Source: Lama guanicoe | Taxonomy: Eukaryota | Length of the DNA stretch: 60,000 nt | Assembly: GCA_013239625.1 (NCBI GenBank) | Contig: MU053431.1 | Coordinates: forward strand, 1,826,485-1,886,484 | Reading direction: 5' to 3' | In this document: positions 22,454-34,300 of the stretch, one piece after another | Layout of the letters: each line of letters starts with the position of its first letter | Position numbering within the stretch: the stretch's first letter is position 1 | Notes under the pieces: model-generated | What the model was told of the DNA's origin: nothing | Seen by the model: the letters and a program-made list of their open reading frames with translations, nothing else | Databases searched by the model: none | Position numbers and translations under genes: made by a program

Positions 22454-25019
22454 ACTTGTTTGACTTTGAGTGTTCGGGCGTGGACAGTGGCTCGGGGCGG
22501 AAGAGGGCTGGTTCCGTGAGTGATGCTGTCTGGACTCCCTTCCAGTGGCCCAGCTGTGGCACCACTTTGCCCCTGCAGTCGCCGGGATGCAGCCCTCCCC
22601 GGCACACGTATGCCCCTGGAGGAATGCACCCTGCCCCCACGGTTTCCCAGAGCCTCTGGGGCTGGACATTTGGTCCCTTAGCTACCTTTTGTCACCGATT
22701 CAAGAGTCTGGGGATTTGTGTACTGGTCCCTTGGGGGCTGGGTAGGGAAGCAGTATTTGGGTGTGCCCTGACTTGGGGTTCAGTGATGTCCCTGTGGGAG
22801 CAAGCTCAGCTGTGCTCCGTCCCCTCTGTCCCTGGCCTGGCAGCCACAGCTGCCCGTCAGCCCATCAGCCCTCCACACCAAGGCGCAGCCTTCCCAGGAT
22901 CCCCGGGGCCCTCAGACTTGGCTACCTGGTGTGGGAACAGTGCTCCGCCCTCCCTGCATCCCCCTCCCTGCAGGGCATGTTGACTGTCAGCATGACCTTG
23001 TCCCCTGAGCCAGCTGGGGGGAGAGACTTGGGGGAGCTGGAGGTCACACCTCCCCAGGGGAAGGAGGGGGGAGTGGAGTTCATTCTGGGGGCTCGGGGCT
23101 GTGACGAGGTTGATGGTCGGTTAGCTCCTGTCCTGCAGGGAGAGGGATGGGTACGCTGGGAGTCACTTTGGAAGGAGAGACCCTGAGTTAACTTTCATCA
23201 GCACTGGCATGGGTGGGGTTCTGCCCTTTGCCGCCAGCTCACCTTCCCCACTGCCCACCCCAGGCCGGCTGGAAGGGGTGGGACCCCAGGTGTCTGAACT
23301 CGGGTTTGGCCCGGGGTGGAGTTTCCGCCACAGAAGAGAAATCCAGAGACTGGGATGGGTGCTGGGTGTCCAGCACTGAGTCTCCAGCAGGTCCCAGTGA
23401 CCCCAGTGGTCAGGGTCCTTGTCCAGACCGTTATGGGGCTCAGGTTCAGATGGAGAAGCTTGGCGCCTGAAGTGAGAAGTAGACCCCATTGGCATAGCCC
23501 TGGGGGAGGGGGGCCTGTGCCCAGCAGCGGGAACTTGAGGAGCCACAGGCAGCTTGGGCGCTCCTGACCCCCAAGCTTCGGGGAGACTGATGGCCCAAAG
23601 CAGGTGGGCAGTGACACCGGCCTCTGACAGGTAGGTGTGAGCCCCCTTCCCTCTATGCCACTGTGGTTGCTCTCCAGAGGGAGGGCGTTTCCTGGCAGCA
23701 GGTGGGAGAGTCTGCATGGAGCTGGGAGAGGGCTCCCAGGCACCAGGTCGCTCCCCTGAGCAACGTGAAGGCCGGCTAGGCTCCCGCCGAGTCCGGTCCA
23801 GCAGGAGCTCTGTCCACGTGGGAGACGTGTGAGCACAGAAGGCAAGAGGGGCAGGGCTGGGCTGTGTGACCAGGCAGGAGGCCTCGGGGGCAGGGGTGGG
23901 GTGGGGCAACTCGCCCGCCCCCAGCCCCACCCTGCTGCCTCTGAGGTTGTCCTGGGATGACTCAGAAGGGAGTGGGGACACTCTGAGACGCTCTTGGCCC
24001 TTCCTGATTTAGTTCACCTTTCTGCTGGAGGGAGTGGCTGGGCCTGCGGAGTCGCCCACGGCCTCACCCAGCAAAGCAGGGAGGTTTTGCTCCCTGCACA
24101 TCCCTGTCATCCCACTCCCTCGTGGTTAAGTCGCATCGTGTCAGAAGTCTTGAGTTCCAGCCTGCAGAAGTCAAGCTCAGATAGGTGCTGTGAAGCTGAA
24201 GGCAGCGTTTCTCTGGGAGTTCTGAAGGCTCAGGTCCTGGGGCAGGGCCGGGCTCTGAGCACTCAGTGGACTCTGTAGGTGGCCTGGATGTTTGAGTGTC
24301 CCCTAGGTCTCCCAGGCCCAGGAGTTGCCCCCGACCCTGCTGTTCCCGTGCCTTTCCAGGGTGAAGCGACCTTGTCCAAGTCTTTAGACCCCTGAGCTGT
24401 CAAGGCTCGTGAGACACGCGAACAGCCAACATGGGCCTCCGAGCCCTGTTGGTCCCAAGTTCCCTCAGGCCCCCGGGGGCATGGCCGTACGTTCCTCCTC
24501 TGCCACCACTTTGTTCCTGGGGGCGGGGGTGCCGCTGAGAGCCTGGCCTTCTGCAGTGCTGGTTCATGTGGACAGACCACTCAGTACAAAGTTACGGTAA
24601 GGGCGGTGGGAGAGGCAGACCTTCCAACCCTGCAGGGCCTGGGCTGTGTCCCACGGCAGGGCCCGCAGTGGGAACCAGGGTCACGGTGGGCCCTGTCTGG
24701 CCCCTGGCACCGGCACGCTCACGCTCTCCGGGGTTCTCCTGGGCCTTGGGTAGCCAGGGCCCCTCCCTCTCAGGGCACTGGGGAGGAGAACGAGACTCGC
24801 CCACCCCAGCTACAGGACGAGGACGGCCCCTTCTCCAAAGGAGCCCTTCAGTACAGGCTTCTCCCTCTCCGCACCCTGGTTGAGGACCAAGAAGGGAAAA
24901 GAGTCTCTTTCTTTTCGCTAAAAGGTATATGTGTGTAGCTCAGCAGTCCCAGGATAATTTTAAACTCAGGAGCTGGCCAAAAAAATGCCACTGGGTTTCT
25001 TTTTCTTCCCCCTGGCTGG

Positions 25020-25340
25020 CTCGGCAGGGAGGCGCGCCGAGGCGCCGAAGCCCCCGCCCCCCAAGGTGGGCCCGGCTGAATGGGGGGCTTGTGTGAGGGC
25101 CGCTGGGGCGGGAACTGGCATCCGGCCCACCGCCCGCCCCGCCCGCCCCGCCGAGCTCGAGGCTGGCCGGCCGCCGCCAGCGTCGCTCAGACCGTGAGTG
25201 CAGCGATGGCCGGAGCCCCCACCCTGGCCCTGCTCCTGCTCGGGCCGCTCCTGGCCGCCACCGTAACCGTGACCGAGGCGCAGGTGAGCGCGGGGCTGCA
25301 GGCGCACCGGGCTCACGAGCGAGCGCGGCTTGGGCTGGGG
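25020..25340 (+). promoter_or_regulatory. CpG-island promoter of COL9A3
   Basis: CpG-dense, with many CCGCCC boxes upstream of the ATG at 25206. Confidence 0.8.
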
Positions 25341-28300
25341 GGCTGTAGCTCTGCAGTCCGACGTGGAGCAGTGCTTCTGCCGGGGACAAGCCCCCACCCC
25401 AGCTTCCTGAGGGAGCCGGGAAGCCCAGGGGGCTTGGGGCCAGCCTTATCACCCCACAGCCACCCCCAAGCTGGACACAGACTGTCCGTTGCCCAGCTGA
25501 GCCCCACGGATGCTTGGACACCTCAGAGTTGAGCCCAGGGGGCCTCCCGGCCTCGCCAGGTGGAGTCCAGCCTCTGCTAGCACTGCACCTCCACCGGAGA
25601 GGCACAATGTCGCCTTTGTTCCTGGCGGGGCTCAGTCCAGGGTGCAGCCCTCCTGGCCAAGAGAGGATAGGCCAAGGCAGGGGACAGAGCCGAGGTCCTG
25701 GGGTCTCTGAGGGGAGCCGGGGTGCCCGGGGCACCGGCTGCAGCATTTCTCCAGACTGGGACGAGGGGACGCTCTTCAGGCTGACCAAAGGGCCAACCAG
25801 GGGGCCCCACCCCATGCGAGACAGTGGGGTGCAGCTGTCTGATGGCATTTTTCTCTTTCAGAAAATGGGGCTTCGAGGCCCTCCCGGGCCCCAAGGGCCA
25901 CCTGGGAAGCCGGGGAAGGACGGCATTGACGTGAGTTCAGGGGTGGGGAGGGCAGGGGTCCTGGGGGTTCTTGCTGTGGCCCCAGCCTCCCTGAGGCCCA
26001 GTGAGGAAGTGAACTGCACCTCCCAGGGCTGGGGGGTGTCTCTGTGGGATTGAAGCAGGACATGGCCAATCCTTGCTCCTCCTTGGGGAAGGCCCCCCAC
26101 CCCTGCCCCAGGGACGGCCTCCCCAGAGCCGGTGGGGGGGCTCCGCAGTGCTCTTTGGACTGGAAATGTGGGCACTGGGGTGTGTGTCTCCAGGTCCCTG
26201 GAGGGGCCCGTGCTCCTGTTTTCTGGGGATGAAGACTTGGGGCCTGCCCCCCCGGGGGGTCTTGTTGGGGGCTGCCAGGAGCTGGAGCCAGCCTTGGAGG
26301 GAGCGTGGGGGCTAGCTCTGCCCCAGAAATGGCGTCCTCCCAAAGGGTGCCCAGGCTCAGTGTGGCCCAGGCAGCATGGGAGACAGATGAAGTCCGGTAG
26401 CTCCCACCCAACTTGGGTGAAAGTCCCCAGCCGACCCACCTCCACGAAATCCAGGCCCTCCAGGCCTCTCCCCCAGGTACCGTCCCCGGGTGGAGCCCCC
26501 CTTGGCCAGCCCTCTGCTGCCTCCTCAGTCCCCAGGGCCCCTGCCTGGCCCCTGATGGCCTTGAGTCTCCGTCCCGCCACCCCCTCCACAGGGCTGTTGC
26601 TCAGTGCCACCATGTTGAACCCTGGACCCAGGTGGCCTCCCCACGCCTCTCCCTACTCCTGGGCATCTGGTAGTTTCTTCTGGGGACACTTCTACTTGAA
26701 ACCTGGCCTGGAAGCCTTGGTTAAAAGGTCTCAGACCTAGTGGTCATCGAGGGTGGAGGGGGTGCTGGGGTGCCTTCCTGGTTCTCTGCGTGTCTGAGGG
26801 TCTGCCATCTCCGGCCAGGGTTCTGAAGTTTCTCAGGCAGGTGGAGGGGTGGGGGCTTCATGACAGGTCCCATCATCTCTGGGGTGTTGTCTTCCTGGGC
26901 CCCCAAAGCTGTGTGAGCCCCAGTGCAGCTCGTCCCTCCCCCGGCCCCTGCCTCTGCGCCTGGCCCTAGAGCGGAGGTGCCCCCAGGTGTGGGTGACGGG
27001 GTGAGGGGCTCCCATCTCTCCTCCTGGGGCTAGCCTCCAGGGCCCAGCTCTGCTCCCCTGGGGTGGAGTTTCCAGGGGACACTTGGTCAAGTGTGGATGT
27101 CTCCCCTTCTGCAGGGAGAAGTTGGTCCTCCGGGTCTGCCCGGGCCCTCGGTGAGTGTCCTGGCTGAGACGGGGCGTGGGGGTGGCGATCTACTTCCAGT
27201 CTGGAGGGGAGGGGTGGGCCCAGAACAGAGGGCTCATTGACACTGCTTCACACCACGCTGGGCCCTGGGTCACCAAAGGGGAGGCCTCCGAGCAGAGGCA
27301 GAAGGGACGGGGTGGGAGAGGGTACGTGGGACTGTGTCTCTGGGCAGGGTCTGGCCTTGAAGCTTCTTTGGACCAGTGTCCCGGCAGGCCAGGGGAGGGG
27401 TCTGTTTCCCTGCCTGTCCATCCCACGAGGGAGCCCTAACGAAGCTGTTCAGGCCCAGCTAGGAGCTGAGGGTTCCAGGCTCACTGAAGGTCCCACAGAG
27501 TGACCCACTGGCCCTTCGCTGGGGAGGCTGAAGTGGCCAGGGGGGCATCATACAGAATAAGGGTGGGAGGCAGCTGGAGAGGGCAGCCCTCCCCGGGCCA
27601 GCAAGGGGTGGGCAGGTGAGCCCTAGCTGGGTCAGGGGCCGCGGGGCAGCAGGGAGGGCCAGGCCTCCGGTGGAGAGGGGCCCATCTCGGATTGCTGGGT
27701 GCTTCCCAGCTGGAAAACACTTTTCTTCTTGGTGAAGGTCAAGGCTCTGGCCAGAGCTTTCCTCACGCCTCTGCCTTTCCCCTTACAGGGACCGAAAGGG
27801 GCCCCAGGCAAGCCTGGGAAACCAGGAGAGTCCGGGCTCCCGGGGCTTCCCGGTGTGGACGTGAGTGTGGCGGCCCCTCTCCTGGGCCTCCTTCCCCTCC
27901 CCCTCCCATTCGTGCTCCCTCGCTGCCGCCTCCTCCCATGAGCCCCGCCCAGCCTGGAAGGGCTCCATCCCAGCGCCCAGGAGTCAGGTTTAATTGCTGT
28001 TCTCCAGCTGGGCTTGCTCAAGCAGGAAACAAGAGGTCCCAAGCAGTCCCAGGAGGGTCTCCGGACGTCCCCCAGCAGGAGTCCCCTGGCCTTTGTCCCA
28101 GACCGTTAGTGTCTAGTCAGCCAGCAGACAGAGCCAGTGCACAGCAGAGGTGAAGGTCCCGCCAGCTCCTGCTTATCTGGGAACAAACGCCCATTATCCG
28201 TCCCGTCTGAGCCCGGCCAGCAGCCTCGGTCTGTCATCAGGGACTCAAGGCCTGGCCCCAGGACATGGAGCTTTGCTCGCACTGGGGGGGGGGGCGGGGG

Positions 28301-31300
28301 GACCTGAGAGGTGGCTCTTCTGCCTGCTGGGCTTGCCAGCTCCAGCAGGTGTTCCCCTTGCTGGCTTCCCACGTATGCCCCCACCTCCCCGCTCCCCCAG
28401 CACACCAAGTGGACAGTGGATGGGGCCAGGAGAGGAAGGTGCCAGCCTGAGGGTCTCTGTGATCTCTGGACCGCTTTTAGTTAGGGAAGGGCCTATGGCT
28501 GGTCCTTCCCACGTGGCCTCACCAAGCCGACCTGCCTCCTCCTTTCCCAGGGCCTGACTGGGCAGGATGGACCTCCTGGACCCAAGGGCGCCCCCGGAGA
28601 ACGGGTAAGGCAGGCACCACGTCCAGTGGCTTCAGCTCAGGGGCGAGGTCCCTGCCAGGGGTGGCCAGTCTGAGCACCATCTGTCCACAAGGTGTGGGTC
28701 TGGTGGTCCTGAGGGCAGCTGCCATGACTGGACTGGCCGGGCCCGGCCCCCACCGTGGGGTGGGTGGGCAGGAGGGCAGGTGGGCACAGGGTGGCTGGTG
28801 CCTTCTCCTGTCCTGCGCCCCTTGCTGGTCAGAGATGTCGGAGCGTTCAGACTTTGTAGGGCAGGCTGGTGTGGTTGGGGAGTGACCGCCCCACGTGCTC
28901 TCCTCCTCCAGGTAAACTGCTGCTTCTCCCTCTGTGCCCACCCGAGGGGCCCGCGGTCACCCAGCCTGCCCCCTAATTCTGACCATTGTCCTTTGGTGCA
29001 CCCCCTCTTCCTGATGCACCGACTCCTCTTCAGGAAAGCTTTCCTTCCCCTCTCTGGCTTCCAAGTGCAATGGTCCCTCTCCTTCCCCCTTTGGAGAAGT
29101 GGCTGTCCCCCAGCCCTGGGGTGCACAGGGTGGGGGGCCAGGCGAGAGTCGGGGGAGCCAGGACGTAGCCCTGCTTTGGGGAACTCGGCTGTAGGAGTCG
29201 GAAACAAGGGAGAGAGTGGCCGCCTGTGGCCGCATGTCCTTTGGTGGTGCTGAGGGGGTGGAGGGCTGGGGGAGGTGGGGCAGCCTGGGGTGGGGGGTGG
29301 GGCCTTCCGTACAAGGACCTCTTCCTGGGGATGCAAGGCAGCAAGAGGACCAGGAGGGCCCTGGGTGGACAAGGCAGCTGCTGGAGGTTCAGGGCTCCCC
29401 ACTGTGGGCCGAGGAGGCCGGAGGGCTTCCAAGCAGAGATGGGCGTCGGGCTCTTCTGTGTGGCTCAGGTCACACCTGGTGTGGGCCTTCCTGGTGGCCC
29501 ATCCAGACACAGCGCTCTTAAGAAGAGACCTTTTCTGGCTTTTCCTCAGCAGGATTGTTGGCAAAGGACTGGTCCCAGGCCACTGGGGCATCAGAGATCC
29601 CCCCTTCCAGTCTCCTGTAAAATGGGGATCCCTTCCTCTAAGGAGATGGACTTGCGAGGGAAGGGAACAGGTCTGCAAACCTAGGCGAGGGTGCCTGGGC
29701 CCAGCCCACTCCCAACACGCTGTTTCCTTCTGCAGGGAAGCCTGGGACCCCCGGGGCCACCTGGGCTGGGGGTGAGTATTGTCTGCTCCCCATGGAGCTG
29801 GAGTTGCCGCAGGAGGTCGTGCACAGCCCTCTGTCTGTGGTCCCTCTGCAGCTTCTCCTGGGGACTGTCCCCGGGGCTGCGGTCTGGGGTGCTCCTGGGC
29901 TGTGCCCTCGCCCCCCAAGCATTCCTCCCCCATGACACACCTGATCAGCTCAGGGGGAAGTGGTGGGTGGTGGGCAGCCCCCTCCCATCCCCAGCAAGTT
30001 CTGATCCCATGCTTGGTGTTGCAGGGCAAAGGCCTCCCTGGACCCCCCGTGAGTACCGACAACCCTTGCAGCCCCCACCCAAGTGGGCACACCATACCCA
30101 GAGCCAACATGGCCGCCAGGTCCCAAACCATGGCTGGGGGTGGGGCTTCTGGGGGTGACAGTGACCTGACCCCCCACCCTGTGTGGGGACACGGGAGCTG
30201 GGTCTGAACTCCCCCTGGATCCTCAGAGCTCCTTGGGTGCAGACCCCCCATCTCTCATTTACCTCCCTCAGGGAGAGGCAGGAGTGAGTGGCCCCCCCGG
30301 TGGAATTGGCCTCCGGGGTGCTCCGGTAAGTGGCTGTCAGGATTCCCCCAAATTTGACCGTCAGGGGGCTTTCCTTCCCTTTGCCCTGCCCCTCCTCCTC
30401 CCTTTTTCTCTGCCCCCCCCCACTTCCTTTTCTGGTGAGCCTTGCTGGCTGACTTTCTGGGACAGGGCAGACCCTCTCTCCGGACACACAGAGGACTCAG
30501 AGCAAGGCCAGGGCAGGGGAGGTGGGCAGTGCCGGGAGTGTCCCTGTGAAGGCATCTTCGGGGCAGGAGAAGGAGCTGGTCACCGCACTCAGGTGGGGGC
30601 TGGCCTTGCTCCGTCTAAGTCATAATTCCCCCACAGGGACCCTCTGGACTCCCAGGCCTCCCTGGTCCCCCGGGACCTCCTGGACCCCCTGTGAGTACTG
30701 GGCAGGGGCCCCAGAGCTCCTCGGAGGAAGTCTCAGGCATGAATGACGGCATGGTGGGCATGACTCCCTGCCCCCTGGCCCCTCAGCCCCAGGACCCACG
30801 CCCACCCGCAGATTTCAGCAGCACACCAGGCAGTGGCTGGGGCTGAGTCCGCCGACCTGAGGCTGGTCCAGGGCTCGGGACTAGTGGCCACCCCACCCCA
30901 AGGGCAGGTGGTTTCTGTCATTGTCACGTGCCCTGCAGGTTGGCCAGCAGCATCTAGCACTGACCACCGAGGGAGGAAGGGCCCCCGAGTCCCCTGGTGG
31001 TCCTGAGTGGTGGGTGGCAGGAAGTGACGGGTAGGAGGGGCCATGTCAAAGTTGCTGTCTCTGTGTTCCAGGGTCACCCAGGGGTCCTCCCCGAAGGCGC
31101 TACTGACCTTCAGGTGGGCACGTGCACCTTTTGTGAAGCCTTTTGTCGAGGTGCCTTTCTTGGTGGGAGGGGGCTCTGGCCCGATCCACCACCTTGGGGC
31201 CCCTCTGGACAGCGCAGGAAGGCAGGGATGTGGGGGCTCCATGCAGGTAGCACAGCTCTGTGTGCAGCTTCCCCTGCATCCTCCTCCCCCTCTGCTGGTC

Positions 31301-34300
31301 TAGCCCTGCACCGGCGCCCCCCCCCCCGCCCTGCCCCACATGCGCAGTAGTGTGGATCTAAATTAAGCAGAATCAAATGCTACACAGACCAGTCCTCTTG
31401 GGCACAGCTGCACTTGGAGTGATGTCAGCCGCACGGGGTGAGTTGGGCAGCACTTGGGGATAGACAGAATACTTCCCCACCATGGAAGGTTCCAGACTAG
31501 AGTTTGGGACCCACTTTATCTTGGTTGTTGAGCTTTACCGCTCGTGTGGAAAGAAAAGCTGACTTGGGAGTGCTGGAGTTCACGGGCCTCGTGGGCACAG
31601 CTGTTCGCGGGCCGGGCCAGCCCCTGCCTCCACTGAGGAGCGGCTGTGAGCCCTTAAATGCAGAGCCCGGCCCCGCCCGGCCACCGTGCGCCGCTGGCTC
31701 CTCCTGCCCCCAGCGCCCGTCCAAGCGCCTGATTGCTGCTGTCCCTGAGGGAGGGCTTGGAGATCTTCTGGAAGGAGGAGGGCGGCTGGGCCCCGAAGCT
31801 GGTGTGGAGGTTGATGGCACAGCTGTGCGTCAGGCCGTCGTGGAATAATCCAGAAACCCCGACGCTGCGCCGTCCCTGGGCTGGCAGAGACCCAGGTGTG
31901 GGGCATCCTGCCCTTCCGGGGGCCACACTTCCCTCCCTAAAGCACCTCTGTGCCCCCGAGGGAACCCGGCTCGGCTGAGCCGCCGCTGGGGGCGGCACGT
32001 GACCAAGGCCTCTTTGTGAGCCGGCAGCCCGCCACGCGGAATAAGCAGCTGCTTGGAACCCTGGTCTGCGCCGGGGCCGAGAAACTGAGCCGGGCTGGGA
32101 GGAGGCGGCCCCTGGCCTGGCAGTGCAGCGCCTCCCCGCACCCCGGGGCCAGCCCTGAATGAGGCCCCTTCTGGGCTGCCGGGAGGCCCCCATGTAGCCC
32201 GAGGTCCCTCTCACCCATGTGGGATGGCCCATCTCAGGGACCCTGTTTGTCCGGGAGGGGCCTGACCACCCTGTTTCCCAACAGTGCCCAGCCGTCTGCC
32301 CACCAGGCCCCCCGGGGCCCCCAGGAATGCCAGGGTTCAAGGTGAGCGACCCCCAAGGGTTGACTCAGACCCCAGCAGGAGGGAGCGGGCCCCCCGTGGG
32401 GGGGTTGGAGGGGGTTTGGAGCTGGGGGGACTCAGAAAGCCCGCCCTGGTTCCAGGGTTGATGCAGGCAGGAAGGGGGATCAGCGTCCTGCCCCGCCTGG
32501 GGCCTTGCTCTGTCCCCGTCCCTCCGCAGCACTGGTGAGCTGCTAGGTGCTAGCCTGGCTGCCAGGACCAGGGGGCACTGAGAGAGGGTATGGGGGCAAG
32601 CCGGCCTGGGGCCCCCAACCCCCTGCCCTGGCTCAGCCCTGCTCCTCCCAGCTGGGCCTCAGTTTCCCCACTTGGGCTGGTGGGCCGTGCAGGCCTTCAT
32701 TAGTGTGGGGCTGCTTGTGGGGTGGGTCTGTGACTGCTCACCCACCACTGACTTTCAGGGACCCACTGGCTACAAAGGGGAGCAAGGAGAAGTCGGCAAG
32801 GATGGCGAGAAGGTGAAGGCTGGAGGCTGGGCAGCGCCCCTGGGGTGGCAGCAGTGGGGAGCAGGCACGTGGCGGGGGGCCTGGGACTCTGGCCTAGTTG
32901 GTCGGGAGGCGTGAGGAGGTGCTGGCCGCTCCGGGGGCACACCCTGATGGAGCAGCGACGCGTCACGCCTCCTGCGGGGCCTGGCTGGCGGAGCCAGGTG
33001 ACCTGGGGCAGGGTCTCTGTCCAGACTCCCCATCTGGCCTTACGTGGAAGCTCCCTGAGCTCAGGAGCCACACTGCGGGCTGCAGAAGGTGGGCTTCAGC
33101 CCAGTAGCCCCTGCCACCCTCCCCCCAGGGCTCCTGCCTGCAGAGGGCATCTGTCGGTCCTTACTCACAGGCTGGGTGCGCCCTAGCAAGGATGGAGGGG
33201 CCGCCCCAGCCAGGAGGAGGGGTCTGGGAAGGGCCGGAGTCCTCGCTGGGGTGGAGGACACAGTGCATCCTCTGTGGAGGAGGGCCAGTGCTCTCTTAGC
33301 CTTGGGGGTTCAGCTGTGAAGGGGACAACGCCCTCCACAGCAAGGGCTCGGGCGGGAGGTGGGGGGCAGTGGTCATCACCTCCACTTTCTCCTCCTCTCT
33401 CGTAGGGTGACCCCGGGCCTCCTGGGCCCCCTGGCATCCCGGGCACCGTGGGGCTGCAGGTGAGCAGAGGAGGGTGGGGACGGGTGGGGATGTGGGATGG
33501 GAGCCCCTTGGGCAGATCAAGGCTGTAAGGGACGGTCCACCGAGTCCCACAATGGGAACCAGGTTGGGGTCCCGCCTCTGCCGTGTTGCTGGTCCCAGGT
33601 GTTGTGGTCCTCTGGCCGCTTCAGGGCCTGAGTTGGGCCCAGTGTTGGTAGGGAAGATCCCAGGGCCCTCGGAGGGGCTGCTGGCCCAGGTCTTACAGCT
33701 CCAGCTCTCTCCCTGCAGGGTCTGCGGGGGCTGCAGGGACTTCCAGGGCCGCTGGGACCCCCCGGGGACCGGGTAAGTCTGCAGCCCACAAGCACCTGGC
33801 CCTTGAGGGCCTGTGGGCCAGTCTGAGGTCAGGTGGTTGGGGGGCCACCTCCAGATGTCACATGGGCCCCATGAGCGTGAGTCCTCAGCGAGGGCCGTGG
33901 GTGGGCTGTGTGACATCAGCAGGGCTGCCTCTGGTCCTCCGTTCACTTGACCGTCCCCTAGACTGGGGCCTGTGAAGGCTTCAGTGCCTTAGGCCCAGGG
34001 GGATGGGGGGGAAATGGGGGCCAGTGGGGGGGGGCCTTGACAAATGTGGGAGGGGGAAGTGGTTTGGGGACCACTGGGTGGGTAATTAGGGAGGGGCCTG
34101 CTGGGGGCTCCAGTGGGGGGCTCCCAGGAGGGCCTCGACAGATTGCGCCAGCTACTCTGGGGGCCAGAGTGTCAGACGAGAGGCCTCAGATGTCCTTTTC
34201 TCCTCCACAGGGTCCCATTGGGCTCCGAGGGCCCCCCGGGATCCCAGGAGCCCCTGGGAAAGTGGTGCGTGTGTGTCTGGGAGTAGGGGGGTGGCCCTGG

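Noticed and set aside
29736..30048. Gly-X-Y interruptions (GLG-GK-GLP; also GE-GLD and GISKDG in exons 31-32) as mutations
   Set aside because: Such imperfections are normal in FACIT collagens, match human COL9A3 as I recall it, and the total length of 684 aa is unchanged.
28632..30251. 539-aa antisense ORF within COL9A3
   Set aside because: Low-complexity composition, no domain, non-ATG start. It is long enough to merit a quick PhyloCSF check, but chance in high-GC DNA is the simpler explanation.
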